From Chthoniobacteraceae bacterium (GTDB taxonomy: Bacteria; Verrucomicrobiota; Verrucomicrobiia; Chthoniobacterales; Chthoniobacteraceae): 64,000 bases of DNA. Position 1 is the first letter of the stretch. Each line of letters begins with the position of its first letter. The position numbers and the translations under genes are program-made. Of this stretch, positions 1 through 8,815 are shown piece after piece. Location of the stretch: the NCBI GenBank assembly GCA_040081625.1, contig JBEBGD010000018.1:1-64000 (forward strand), given 5' to 3'. The notes beneath the pieces are model-generated. The model saw only the letters and a program-made list of their open reading frames with translations, was not told the DNA's origin and did no database searches.

Positions 1-2
1 CG

Positions 3-50
3 AAGGACGGCATCGAGCGCGTCACGAAGCTCGTTCTGCCGGCGAACTGA
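3..50 (+). CDS. 3' end of a CDS truncated by the window edge (…KDGIERVTKLVLPAN*)
   Basis: Open frame from the window start to TGA at 48-50 with GC3-rich codons; too short to assign a product. Confidence 0.5.
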   Translation, partial: KDGIERVTKLVLPAN

Positions 51-61
51 CCTCCCGTCCC

Positions 62-90
62 TGTCATCCCGAGCGAAGCCGAGGGACCTC
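62..90. repeat. REP-like palindromic extragenic element TGTCATCCCGAGCGAAGCCGAGGGACCTC
   Basis: Intergenic; TCCC…GGGA stem around GAGCGAAGCC. Resembles the widespread GTCATCCYGAGCGAAGC…GGA type of short dispersed repeat. Only one full copy in the window. Confidence 0.6.
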
Positions 91-108
91 TAACATCTTC
101 TCCAACTC

Positions 109-987
109 ATGTTCACCCGCCGCCACTTCCTCGCCACCACCGCACTCGCCGCGCTGCCCGTGTCGCGCGCCGCCGAGCCCGCATTCACGCTCGGCTTCAG
201 CCTCTACGGCATGAAGACCGTGCCGCTCGACGACGCGCTGCGCACGTGCGCGGAGATCGGCTACAAGCACGTCGAACTCGCGCTCAACCCCGGCTTCCCA
301 ACCGAGCCGAAGCTGCTCGACGCCGCCGCGCGCAAGGCGCTGCGCGAACGCCTCGCCACGCTCAAGCTCGGCGTCTCCGCGCTCATGGTGAACATGAGCC
401 TCGCCGTGAAAGACGAAGCGCACGCCTCGAACCTCGCTGCGCTCAAGGACGCCGCGCAGCTCGCGCACGATCTCGCGCTTCCCGACCCGCTCATCGAGAC
501 CGTCCTCGGCGGCAAGCCCGCGGAATGGGACGCGATCAAGGACTCGATGCTCGCACGGCTGCGCGACTGGGCCGAAGCCGCCGCAGCAGCGAAGATCACG
601 CTCGCGATCAAGGCGCACGTCGGCAGCGCCGTGAACTCGCCCGAGCGCCTGCTCTGGCTGCTCGACCAGGCGGCGAGCCCCGCGCTCTGCGCCGCTTACG
701 ACTTCAGCCACTTCGAGGTGCAGGGTCTCGCGCTCGCGCCCACGCTCGACGCGCTGCTGCCGCGCACGAAGTTCATCCACGTGAAGGACACGCAGGGCGA
801 TGTGTCGAAGTTCCAGTTTCTCCTGCCGGGCGAAGGTCGCACCGACTACGCCGCGTATTTTCGCGAGCTGAACACGCGCGGCTATCGCGGCCCCGTCGTC
901 GTCGAAGTGAGCGCGCAGGTCTTCAACAAGCCCGGTTACGACCCAATCGCCGCCGCGAAGAAATGCTACGCGGCGCTCGCGAAATGA
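109..987 (+). CDS. Sugar-phosphate isomerase/epimerase family protein (xylose isomerase-like TIM barrel), Tat-exported
   Basis: TRRHFL Tat motif; GYKHVEL, YDFSHF, IHVKD and VVVEV motifs. Confidence 0.85.
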   Translation: MFTRRHFLATTALAALPVSRAAEPAFTLGFSLYGMKTVPLDDALRTCAEIGYKHVELALNPGFPTEPKLLDAAARKALRERLATLKLGVSALMVNMSLAVKDEAHASNLAALKDAAQLAHDLALPDPLIETVLGGKPAEWDAIKDSMLARLRDWAEAAAAAKITLAIKAHVGSAVNSPERLLWLLDQAASPALCAAYDFSHFEVQGLALAPTLDALLPRTKFIHVKDTQGDVSKFQFLLPGEGRTDYAAYFRELNTRGYRGPVVVEVSAQVFNKPGYDPIAAAKKCYAALAK

Positions 988-3900
988 TCCGCCGGCTCAT
1001 CTGCATCGCCGCGCTCCTCGTCGCGGCGCGCGCGGAGATTGCGCTGAAGCCGAACGACACCGTTGTCTTCTACGGCGGCGGATTCGTCGAGCGACTGTGC
1101 GAACGCGGTGACCTCGAAGCCCGCATCCAGCTCGCGCGGCGGGAGCTGAAGCTGCGCTTTCGCAGCCTTGCGTGGACGGGCGATGAAGTCGGCAATCGCC
1201 TGCGCCCCGAGGGCTACGTCGAGCATCTCAAGAACCTGCTCGCAAAGTGGCCCGCGAACGTCGTTGTGCTCGGCTACGGCGCGAACGAGTCCTTCGCGGG
1301 CGACGCGGGGCTCCCGGACTTCCGCGCGCAGCTCGACGCGCATCTCAGCCAGCTCGTGCGACTGCACGCGGGGGCGAAGTTCGTGGTGCTCTCGCCGGTC
1401 GGAGGGCCTTACGGGGCGGCGCTTGCGGATGCGGCAAAGCAGCGCGGTGCGACGTTCATCGACGGAAGCAAAGGCGACGCGGCGAAGGCGATCGCGCGTG
1501 CATTCGTCGGCGACGTGCAGGCCGATCCCGCGCGACTCGCGGAGGTCGCGCAGGCGGCGGCGCAAAAGTCGCGCTTCGTCGCCGATGTGGTGCGGCCGAA
1601 GAACGCGGTCGTGTATTTCGGCGTGCGGAAACGGCAGAACGAATACGACGGCGAAATGCCGCGCTATCACCAGCTCATCGAGATGGCGGACGACGTCCTC
1701 CAGCGCGTCGTCGCAGGCGCGAAGTTCGCCGACTTCCCGCGACCCACTCTCCCGCCGCTGGGTGAGGGGAGCAGTAAGAAGGACCGGTTCGGCGCAGGCA
1801 CGATCAAATCGCCCGCCGAGCAGCAGGCGGAGATCGCCGTCGCCGATGGCTACGCGCTGAATCTCTTCGCGTCCGAGGCCGAGTTTCCCGACCTGATGAA
1901 CCCCGTGCAGATCGCCTTCGACGCGCGCGGGCGACTGTGGGTCGTCACGATGCCGTCGTGGCCGCACACCGTTCCCGGCGAGCTGCCGAAGGACAAGGTG
2001 CTCATCCTCGAGGACACCGATCGCGACGGGAAAGCCGACAAGCAGACCGTCTTCGCCGACGGACTCGATGCGCTCGACGGCATCGCATTTCACCCCGAGG
2101 GCGTCATCGTCTCCGCGCAGCCGCGGCTGCTGCTCATGCGCGACTCGAATGGCGACGGGCGCGCGGACGAGACGCGGGAGTTGCTGCGCGGAGTGGATGT
2201 CACCGACTCGCACCACGGCGGCATGGTCGCGACCGACCCGCTCGGGCACGTCATGTTTTGCGACGGCGTGTTTCATCGCTCGCAGTTCGAGACACCGTTC
2301 GGAGTCGTGCGCGGCATCGACGCGACGACCTACCGGCTCGATCCCGCGAGCGGGCGCGTGTGGAGTGAATATCAGACGATGACGCCGAACCCGTGGAAGA
2401 TCACGTTCGACCGCTGGGGCAGCGTCTTCCAGATGTATGGCGGCGGCCACTTCCTCGACGAACTGCAGAATACGTGGACGCCGCTCGGCATCGCGCACGC
2501 GTATGGCGACGCGACCGTGCTGAATTACGGCAAAGGCTCCGGCGCCGCGATCGTCTCGAGCCCGAACTTCCCCGACGAAGTCCAGCAGGGCTTCGTGAGC
2601 GCGACGCTGCTCGGGCGTTACTTCGTCGCGCTTTCGCGACGGCAGATGGAAGGCGGCGCGATCACCGCGGCGAACCGGCTCGACCTGCTCTCGTCGCCGA
2701 ATGCCGCGTTCCGCCCGGTCGATCTCGCGTTCGGAATGGACGGCGCGCTTTACGTGTCGGACTTCACGAGCTCGATCATCGGCCACGCGCAACACCCGAT
2801 GCGCGACCCGCAGTGGGACCACGCGCACGGGCGCATCTGGCGCGTCGTGTATAAAGCGAAGCCGCTCGTGAAGGACTGGCCGCGCATCGAAGGCGCGATC
2901 GCGCCCGAACTGCTCGCGCTGCTCACGCACCGGCAGGATCTCGTGCGGCATCACGCGCGCATCGAGCTGCGAAAGACGGACACGACCGCCGCGGTGGAGC
3001 GCTGGATCGCGGCGTTCGATCGCGCGAGGCCGGAGTTCGACCAGGCGGCGCTCGAAGCGCTGTGGCTGCTGCACTCGAAAGGCGAGGTGCGCCCGGCGCT
3101 GCTCGGCGAAGTGCTTAAATCGAAAGACCCGATGACGCGCGCCGCCGGTGTCGCGCTCATCCGCTTCCAAGCCGATCGCCTCGATGCGCCCACGCTGCTG
3201 CACACCGCAGCCGCCGACCCGCATCCACGCGTGCGCATCGCAGTGGTGAATGTGCTCTCGCACCTGCGCCCGACGATGCCGCCAGTCGAGCACACGCTGC
3301 ACGCGCTCACCGGCGACGAGCCCGCGTTGAAGCGGATGCTCGAATCGCTCAAGGCCGGCACGAAGCCCGTGAAAGGCCGCAGCGTTCCCGTGCTAGAAGT
3401 CGCCGCCGACACGCAGCTCCACCAATGGATGCGCGACGGCGCGCCTTTTGAACGCGCGGCGAAAGGAAAAGCCGACGGGCTCTACCGCACCTTCGTCGAA
3501 TCCGGTGCCGCGCAGCCCGCAATCCTCGCGCTGAAGCACGGCTTTCTCGACGTGAACGTGAACGGCGTGCAACTCCTCTCCGGCAACACGCAGTGGAGCA
3601 GTGACCAACAGGTGCAACTCGACCTCCGTCCCGGACTCAACGAGATCGAAATCACCTTCCGCAAGCTCAAGGCCGCGCCGCCCGCGGTGTATCTCTACGA
3701 CCCGCTCGGCCAGCGACTCGCCGATGTGCGCACCGCGACCGATGCGCCGTCGCTGCTCGCATTCGCCGGCGTGTGGGACAAGGCGAACGCCGATGCCGGC
3801 GCCGCGCTGCGCGTGCAGGCCGTGCCGAACCAGATGAAGTTCGCGCCCACCGAACTGCGCGCAAAGGCCGGCGCGAAGGTGCGCATCGTCTTCGAGAATC

Positions 3901-4172
3901 CCGACCTCATGCTGCACAACTTCGTGCTCTGCGCGCCAGGCTCCGGCGAGGAGATCGGCGCGCTCGCCGACGCGCTAGCGATCCAGCCCGACGGCCTGGC
4001 AAAGCAATACATCCCCGAGTCGCCGAAGATCCTCCACTTCACGCCGCTCGTGCAGCCGAACCAAAAAGCGGAGCTGATCTTCACCGCCCCCGCGAAGCCC
4101 GGCCGCTACCCGTATCTCTGCACGTTCCCCGGCCACTGGCGCATCATGCGCGGCGAACTCGTCGTCGAGTAG
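984..4172 (+). CDS. PVC-type multidomain dehydrogenase-like protein: SGNH-like N-domain, sorbosone/membrane-bound dehydrogenase-type beta-propeller, HEAT repeats, C-terminal azurin/auracyanin-like cupredoxin
   Basis: True start MIRRLICIAALL at the ATGA overlap with the previous gene (the ORF track extends it to 246). Motifs LFASE…NPVQIAFDARGRLWV, EDTDRDGKADK, FRPVDLAFGMDGALYVSD; type-1 copper ligands HNFV…CTFPGHWRIM. Confidence 0.85.
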   Translation: MIRRLICIAALLVAARAEIALKPNDTVVFYGGGFVERLCERGDLEARIQLARRELKLRFRSLAWTGDEVGNRLRPEGYVEHLKNLLAKWPANVVVLGYGANESFAGDAGLPDFRAQLDAHLSQLVRLHAGAKFVVLSPVGGPYGAALADAAKQRGATFIDGSKGDAAKAIARAFVGDVQADPARLAEVAQAAAQKSRFVADVVRPKNAVVYFGVRKRQNEYDGEMPRYHQLIEMADDVLQRVVAGAKFADFPRPTLPPLGEGSSKKDRFGAGTIKSPAEQQAEIAVADGYALNLFASEAEFPDLMNPVQIAFDARGRLWVVTMPSWPHTVPGELPKDKVLILEDTDRDGKADKQTVFADGLDALDGIAFHPEGVIVSAQPRLLLMRDSNGDGRADETRELLRGVDVTDSHHGGMVATDPLGHVMFCDGVFHRSQFETPFGVVRGIDATTYRLDPASGRVWSEYQTMTPNPWKITFDRWGSVFQMYGGGHFLDELQNTWTPLGIAHAYGDATVLNYGKGSGAAIVSSPNFPDEVQQGFVSATLLGRYFVALSRRQMEGGAITAANRLDLLSSPNAAFRPVDLAFGMDGALYVSDFTSSIIGHAQHPMRDPQWDHAHGRIWRVVYKAKPLVKDWPRIEGAIAPELLALLTHRQDLVRHHARIELRKTDTTAAVERWIAAFDRARPEFDQAALEALWLLHSKGEVRPALLGEVLKSKDPMTRAAGVALIRFQADRLDAPTLLHTAAADPHPRVRIAVVNVLSHLRPTMPPVEHTLHALTGDEPALKRMLESLKAGTKPVKGRSVPVLEVAADTQLHQWMRDGAPFERAAKGKADGLYRTFVESGAAQPAILALKHGFLDVNVNGVQLLSGNTQWSSDQQVQLDLRPGLNEIEITFRKLKAAPPAVYLYDPLGQRLADVRTATDAPSLLAFAGVWDKANADAGAALRVQAVPNQMKFAPTELRAKAGAKVRIVFENPDLMLHNFVLCAPGSGEEIGALADALAIQPDGLAKQYIPESPKILHFTPLVQPNQKAELIFTAPAKPGRYPYLCTFPGHWRIMRGELVVE

Positions 4173-4175
4173 CGG

Positions 4176-5330
4176 TCAGCGCGCGTCGAAGCTCGCGAAC
4201 GTGCCGATCATCTCGATCTGATGCGTGCGTCCGCGCCCGTTGCCGAACGGAACCTTGGGACAGGTGCCTTCGAGGATTCCGCGCACCGATTTGAACGCAC
4301 CGCTCGCCGCGTCCGTGACGACCAGCGCATCCACCAGCACGGGAAACTTCGTGTCCGCACCGTCGTCCAGCGTGAGAGTCGCGGTGCCGGTGAGCTTCGC
4401 CCAAGCGCCGTCACGGTTGGCGCCGATCGGCGTCAATGCGAGATCGCCACTTACCGCGCTGATCCGTCCGGTGTTCTGCATGATGGCCGGCGGGTAGAAG
4501 TGATTGAGCACGGGCGCGAGCGAACTCGCGGCTACGGTGCGCGATGCATCCTTTGCGGCACTAAGCGCGGCGCGGAGTTCCGGCCCAAGTCGCAGCGGTT
4601 CGGCGACGGCGGCGCGATACTGCGATGGCTGCGAGCGCGGCGAGATGTGAAGCAAAAGCCGCGCATCCGCCGGCGTGCCGTCCTGCAACGTCGTGGGCAG
4701 CGCGAGGCGCGACGTGTCATTCGCGGTTTCGGGTATCTTCAACTCGCTCGCGAAATGCCGGACGCTATCGGCGAAAAACCGGCCGGCTTCGTCCGAATTG
4801 AATCCGAAGGTGCTGACGTCGTTGTTCGGGAACGCATTGAACACCGCCTCGACCTCGCCGTCGGGCGTGAGGATGAAGCACTTGATGTTGCCCTTCACGA
4901 TCGTGCCGGCTGCGGCGGCGTGGACTTTGGCGACCTCGGGCGGCATGCCCTTGGGGTCGCGCAGGTCGGTGTTGCCGCTCCACGAAGTCACAATGAACCC
5001 GCGGAGCGCTTCGAGCGTGTCAGTGTGGGAGAGGCAACTGCCTCTCACGTGATCGGCGTTTGCTCAGCAGTGTCCGGTGCCGAAGTTCGACGGCCCGGTG
5101 ATGTTCGTGACGTGGATGAAGAGCACCGGCCGGCGCTCGGTCTTCGCCCGCGCGAGCGCGGTAGAGAGGTGGTCTTCCCAGTCGAGCTTCCAGATTGCCT
5201 GCTGGTTCTCGGACGGCTGGGCGGCTTGAAAGCGAGCCGCGAAGCCGCTCAAATCCCGATCCAGGGTCGCGCCCCCGGCATGAACGCAAGTTAGAATCGC
5301 TAGCAGTGTTGTGGTCAGGGCAGCTCTCAT
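4176..5330 (-). CDS. Putative exported thioredoxin-fold selenoprotein, 384 aa, in-frame TGA (Sec89) in GHC-U-ANA
   Basis: ORFs 5064..5330 and 4176..5048 are in the same frame, joined by TGA(5066-5064)-GCA-AAC-GCC-GAT-CAC. N-terminal signal peptide; Trx-like W…ALARAKTERRPVLF; SECIS-like hairpin downstream. Confidence 0.75.
5025..5048 (-). promoter_or_regulatory. Candidate bacterial SECIS hairpin (GUGAGAGGC-AGUU-GCCUCUCCCAC)
   Basis: Perfect inverted repeat GAGAGGCA/TGCCTCTC (5029-5046), extendable with a 2-nt bulge. Apical loop AGUU begins 24 nt after the in-frame UGA and has G at position 2 followed by U. Confidence 0.65.
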
Positions 5331-5398
5331 ATGGTGTTAAACGTCAGCCGCGTTCTGCTTCGTCTTTAAGTCATCGGAAAATGTTTCAAGGGCTGGGG

Positions 5399-6337
5399 TC
5401 AGGCACGGTCGGCCCAGCGGTAGAACTCGCGCGAGTTCTTCCAGAAGAACTTCTCGCGCTCCCCGGCGCTCCGCGCGCCGAAGTATTCACTCACGACCCG
5501 GAGCTGGTCGGCATACGAGCCGCCCCGCTCGCTCACGGGCCAGTTGCTGCCATAGACGATGCGGTCTTCGCCGAAGCACTCGCGGCAGTGATCGAGGATC
5601 GGCGCGTAATACGCGGTGTCGCGCGGCGCCTCGCCCCACGTTTTCCGCGCCGCGTCCGTCTGCTCGATGAGCGCGGAGATTTTGCACGCGACGTTGCGAT
5701 GCCGGCCGAGCGCACGCATCCCGTCGCGCCATGCGGGCGTGAGCCGCGCCGGATCGCCCGCGCTGCCGACGTGGTCGAGGACGATGCGCAGCGCGGGGAA
5801 ATCCGCCGCGAGCCGCGCGGCTGCGGCGTGCAATGTGGGCGGGCCGTTCAGGTCGAGCGATAGGCCCGCGTCGGCGAGCAGCGCGATGCCGGCGCGGAAC
5901 GCGGGATCGTCCACGCGGTCGAGGAAGGCGGCGCCGGAGACGCGGATGCCGCGGAAGATCGGGTTCGCGGCGAACCGCTTGAGGTGCTTCGCGAAGTCCG
6001 GCTCATGCGGCGAGAGATTGCCGACAAACCCGACGATGCACTTCTCGCGCGCGGCCACCTCAAGGATCCACGCGTTGTCCTCGACCAGTTTGCTCGCCTC
6101 GACGACGAGCGTGTCCGCGACGCCGAGCGGCGCGGCCACGGCGCGCCAGTCGCGCGGCAGCACGGTGCGGAAAAGCGGCGAGCCCTTGTCCGGCCACGGC
6201 ACACCCTCCGGGCGCGTCGGATCGTAAAAGTGCGTGTGCGTATCGACGACACGCGACGCGGGAGGAGCCGCGAGGGCGGGCGCCGTCAAGGCGGCGGTCC
6301 CAATCGCGGAGTGCTTGAGAAACGAGCGGCGGTTCAT
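5399..6337 (-). CDS. Amidohydrolase_2 family protein (L-fuconolactonase-like), Tat-exported
   Basis: MNRRSFLK Tat start; DTHTHFYD, RGIR, VLDHVG, CKISAL and YGSNWPV motifs. Confidence 0.88.
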   Translation of the reverse strand: MNRRSFLKHSAIGTAALTAPALAAPPASRVVDTHTHFYDPTRPEGVPWPDKGSPLFRTVLPRDWRAVAAPLGVADTLVVEASKLVEDNAWILEVAAREKCIVGFVGNLSPHEPDFAKHLKRFAANPIFRGIRVSGAAFLDRVDDPAFRAGIALLADAGLSLDLNGPPTLHAAAARLAADFPALRIVLDHVGSAGDPARLTPAWRDGMRALGRHRNVACKISALIEQTDAARKTWGEAPRDTAYYAPILDHCRECFGEDRIVYGSNWPVSERGGSYADQLRVVSEYFGARSAGEREKFFWKNSREFYRWADRA

Positions 6338-6470
6338 GCCGCCGGGATACAGCCGGCTCGCGAAAAGCGAAGCCTGCACTTCACTCGCGGGCCTCCCGCG
6401 CGCGACGCGGTCGCTCCTCGCGCTCCATTTTCTTGTCCACAATCGAGCGGCGGGCGCTTATGCGGGAGAC

Positions 6471-7418
6471 ATGCGTTTTCTCCTCGTCCTTTGCGCATCC
6501 GCTCTCGGCGCGAGTGCCGCCGGCGGCGATCTCGTGCCGCTCCTGCGCAATGACGCGGACGACCGCTGGGACTTCGAGACCGCGGCGATGTCGGGCAGCA
6601 TCAAGGGGGAAGGGCCTTATCACGGCGTCACGCGTCTCGTGGACAAGCGCACAGGACGGCAGGTGATCGATGCGCGCTACTCGGCGCTCAATTTGTTCCG
6701 GCTCTTCTCGGTGAATCTCGGAATGGGCACGCCGCGCGCGATGGAGCGAAAGGTCGGCGCGACCGACACGGCGGTGGAAATCACCTGGCCGGCGACCGAG
6801 GCGCATCAAGGCGAGATCACCGCGCGGTATGAGGTGCGCGATCCGGGCACGATCGATCTCACGTTGACGTTGCGCGTGCGCGGGACTTACGCCGGCTACG
6901 AGCTGCTGCTCCCGAGCTATTTCGACAAGGTGATGATCCCGCACGTGTATTTGAAACGTCGCGCGATCAGCACCAAGCCGACGGATGTGGATCTCGTGGT
7001 GCCGATGTTCAACGAAGTCTTCCGCGGATGCGGGCTGGTTTTTCCGCGCGATGTGCATGCGGCGAGGCGGCCGTTCGATGGCCGATGGGAACGCAGCGAA
7101 TACAAAATGCCGGTCGCACCCTTCCTGCCGATGCGGCACTACGCGCACCCGCTCGCATTCATGACCGATCCGGACAAGACGCTCGCCGTCGTGCTGATGA
7201 TGCGCGCAGAGCGCTGCTCGGCGATCAGCGCGCGCTACTTCTCCGAGCACGAGGCGGAACGCGCGACCTCCTACAGCGCGTTCGATTTTCTCGTCTTCGG
7301 CGACGACCTGCTCCCGGGCGACGAGCGGAAGGCGCGAGTGCGCCTCGTGCTCACGCCGCTCGATGCCGGGATGTCGCAGCCGTTGAAGCTTCACCAACAG
7401 TTCGTCGCCGAGCCATGA
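6471..7418 (+). CDS. Secreted hypothetical protein (beta-rich, possibly mutarotase-like fold)
   Basis: GGAG upstream of MRFLLVLCASALG signal peptide; ATGA overlap with the next gene. The fold guess is inference only. Confidence 0.7.
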   Translation: MRFLLVLCASALGASAAGGDLVPLLRNDADDRWDFETAAMSGSIKGEGPYHGVTRLVDKRTGRQVIDARYSALNLFRLFSVNLGMGTPRAMERKVGATDTAVEITWPATEAHQGEITARYEVRDPGTIDLTLTLRVRGTYAGYELLLPSYFDKVMIPHVYLKRRAISTKPTDVDLVVPMFNEVFRGCGLVFPRDVHAARRPFDGRWERSEYKMPVAPFLPMRHYAHPLAFMTDPDKTLAVVLMMRAERCSAISARYFSEHEAERATSYSAFDFLVFGDDLLPGDERKARVRLVLTPLDAGMSQPLKLHQQFVAEP

Positions 7419-8677
7419 ACTCCGAATCCACCCGCCGCGATTTCCTCAAGACGGCAGTCGCAGCCGCGTCGTTCCCAGCCATCGTCTCCGCCGCGCCGAA
7501 TTCCGATCAACTCCGCATCGGCCTCGTCGGTTGCGGCGGACGCGGCACCGGCGCGGCGGCGCAGGCGTTGAACGCGGATAGCAACGTCGTCGTCTCCGCG
7601 CTGGGCGATGTGTTCCAGGCGCCGATCCAGCGCAGTCTTTCAATCCTCCGCACGAAGGCGCCCGATAAAGTGAAGGTCACGCCGGAGCAGTGTTTCGTGG
7701 GCTTCGACGCGTATCAGAAAGTCATCGCGAACTCGGACGTGGTGCTGCTCACGACGCCGCCCGGCTTTCGCCCGCTGCACCTCAAGGCCGCGATCGACGC
7801 GGGGCGGCACGCGTTCATCGAGATCACCGCCGGCGTGGATGCGCCCGGCGTCCGCTCGGTGCTCGAGTCCGCGGAGCTCGCGCGGAAGAAAGGGCTCGGC
7901 ATCCTCTCGGGCTTTTGCTGGCGCTACAACTTGCGGCACCGCGGCGCGCTCGAACAAATCCGCGCCGGTGCGATCGGCGAGATCCGCGCGATCTACGCGA
8001 CCTATTTGCGCGGCAGCCTCACGCAGAGCCACCACGGTCCGCGCGAGCCGTGGATGAGCGACCTCCAGTGGCAGTTCCGCAACTGGCACAACTACACGTG
8101 GCTCTCCGGCGACGTGACCATCCTCCTCTCCGGCGGCCATAGCGTGGACAAGATGTCGTGGTGGCTCGGCGACGTGATGCCGCTCAAGGCCGTCGCGACC
8201 GGGAGCCGGCAGTTCGAGGCCGAGGGCAACATCTTCGACAACTGCTCGGTCGCTTACGAATACGCCAATGGCCTGCGCGGCTTCCTCGCCTGCCGCAGCC
8301 AGGCCGGATGTCACGGCGAAAACTCCGACTACATCATCGGCACCAAGGGCGTCTGCACGATCGGTCGCGGCCCGCTGCCGTTCATCACCGGTGAGACGAC
8401 GTGGAGATACAGTGGCGTGCAAAACGACATGTATCAGACCGAGCACGACGAGTTCTTCGCCTCGATCCGCGCGGGCTGGCCGATCAATGACGGCACGCGG
8501 ATGGCGCACACGACGCTCATGGGCATCATGGGTCGCATGGCCGCTTACACCGGCCAGGAGATCACGTGGGAAATGGCGCTCAACTCGCAGGAGCGGCTCG
8601 TGCCCGAGGTGCTAGACTGGAACGCGAAGTTCGGCCTCCCGCCCCTCGCGGTGCCGGGAGTGACGAAGTTCGTGTAG
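7415..8677 (+). CDS. Gfo/Idh/MocA family oxidoreductase, Tat-exported
   Basis: TRRDFLK Tat motif; IGLVGCGGRGTGAA Rossmann motif; TPPGFRPLH; RNWHNYTWLSGD. Confidence 0.9.
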   Translation: MNSESTRRDFLKTAVAAASFPAIVSAAPNSDQLRIGLVGCGGRGTGAAAQALNADSNVVVSALGDVFQAPIQRSLSILRTKAPDKVKVTPEQCFVGFDAYQKVIANSDVVLLTTPPGFRPLHLKAAIDAGRHAFIEITAGVDAPGVRSVLESAELARKKGLGILSGFCWRYNLRHRGALEQIRAGAIGEIRAIYATYLRGSLTQSHHGPREPWMSDLQWQFRNWHNYTWLSGDVTILLSGGHSVDKMSWWLGDVMPLKAVATGSRQFEAEGNIFDNCSVAYEYANGLRGFLACRSQAGCHGENSDYIIGTKGVCTIGRGPLPFITGETTWRYSGVQNDMYQTEHDEFFASIRAGWPINDGTRMAHTTLMGIMGRMAAYTGQEITWEMALNSQERLVPEVLDWNAKFGLPPLAVPGVTKFV

Positions 8678-8815
8678 GCGTGGCAGGTGCAGCCAGACCG
8701 CGAAGAATGATCCGCTCGCGGCAGATTGCCCGGATCAACTTTTTGAGAAGCAGGCCAGTCCCCGATTTTCGCGAGCATTGCGCCGGCGGGCAAAGCGCGA
8801 TAACTCCACCGTCCG

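Noticed and set aside
246..983. N-terminal extension of the 1308-aa ORF, and similar extensions at 6234, 6442, 7028, 25340, 51447, 58596 and 60950
   Set aside because: They overlap upstream genes or intergenic DNA; internal ATGs with signal peptides or ATGA coupling are better starts.
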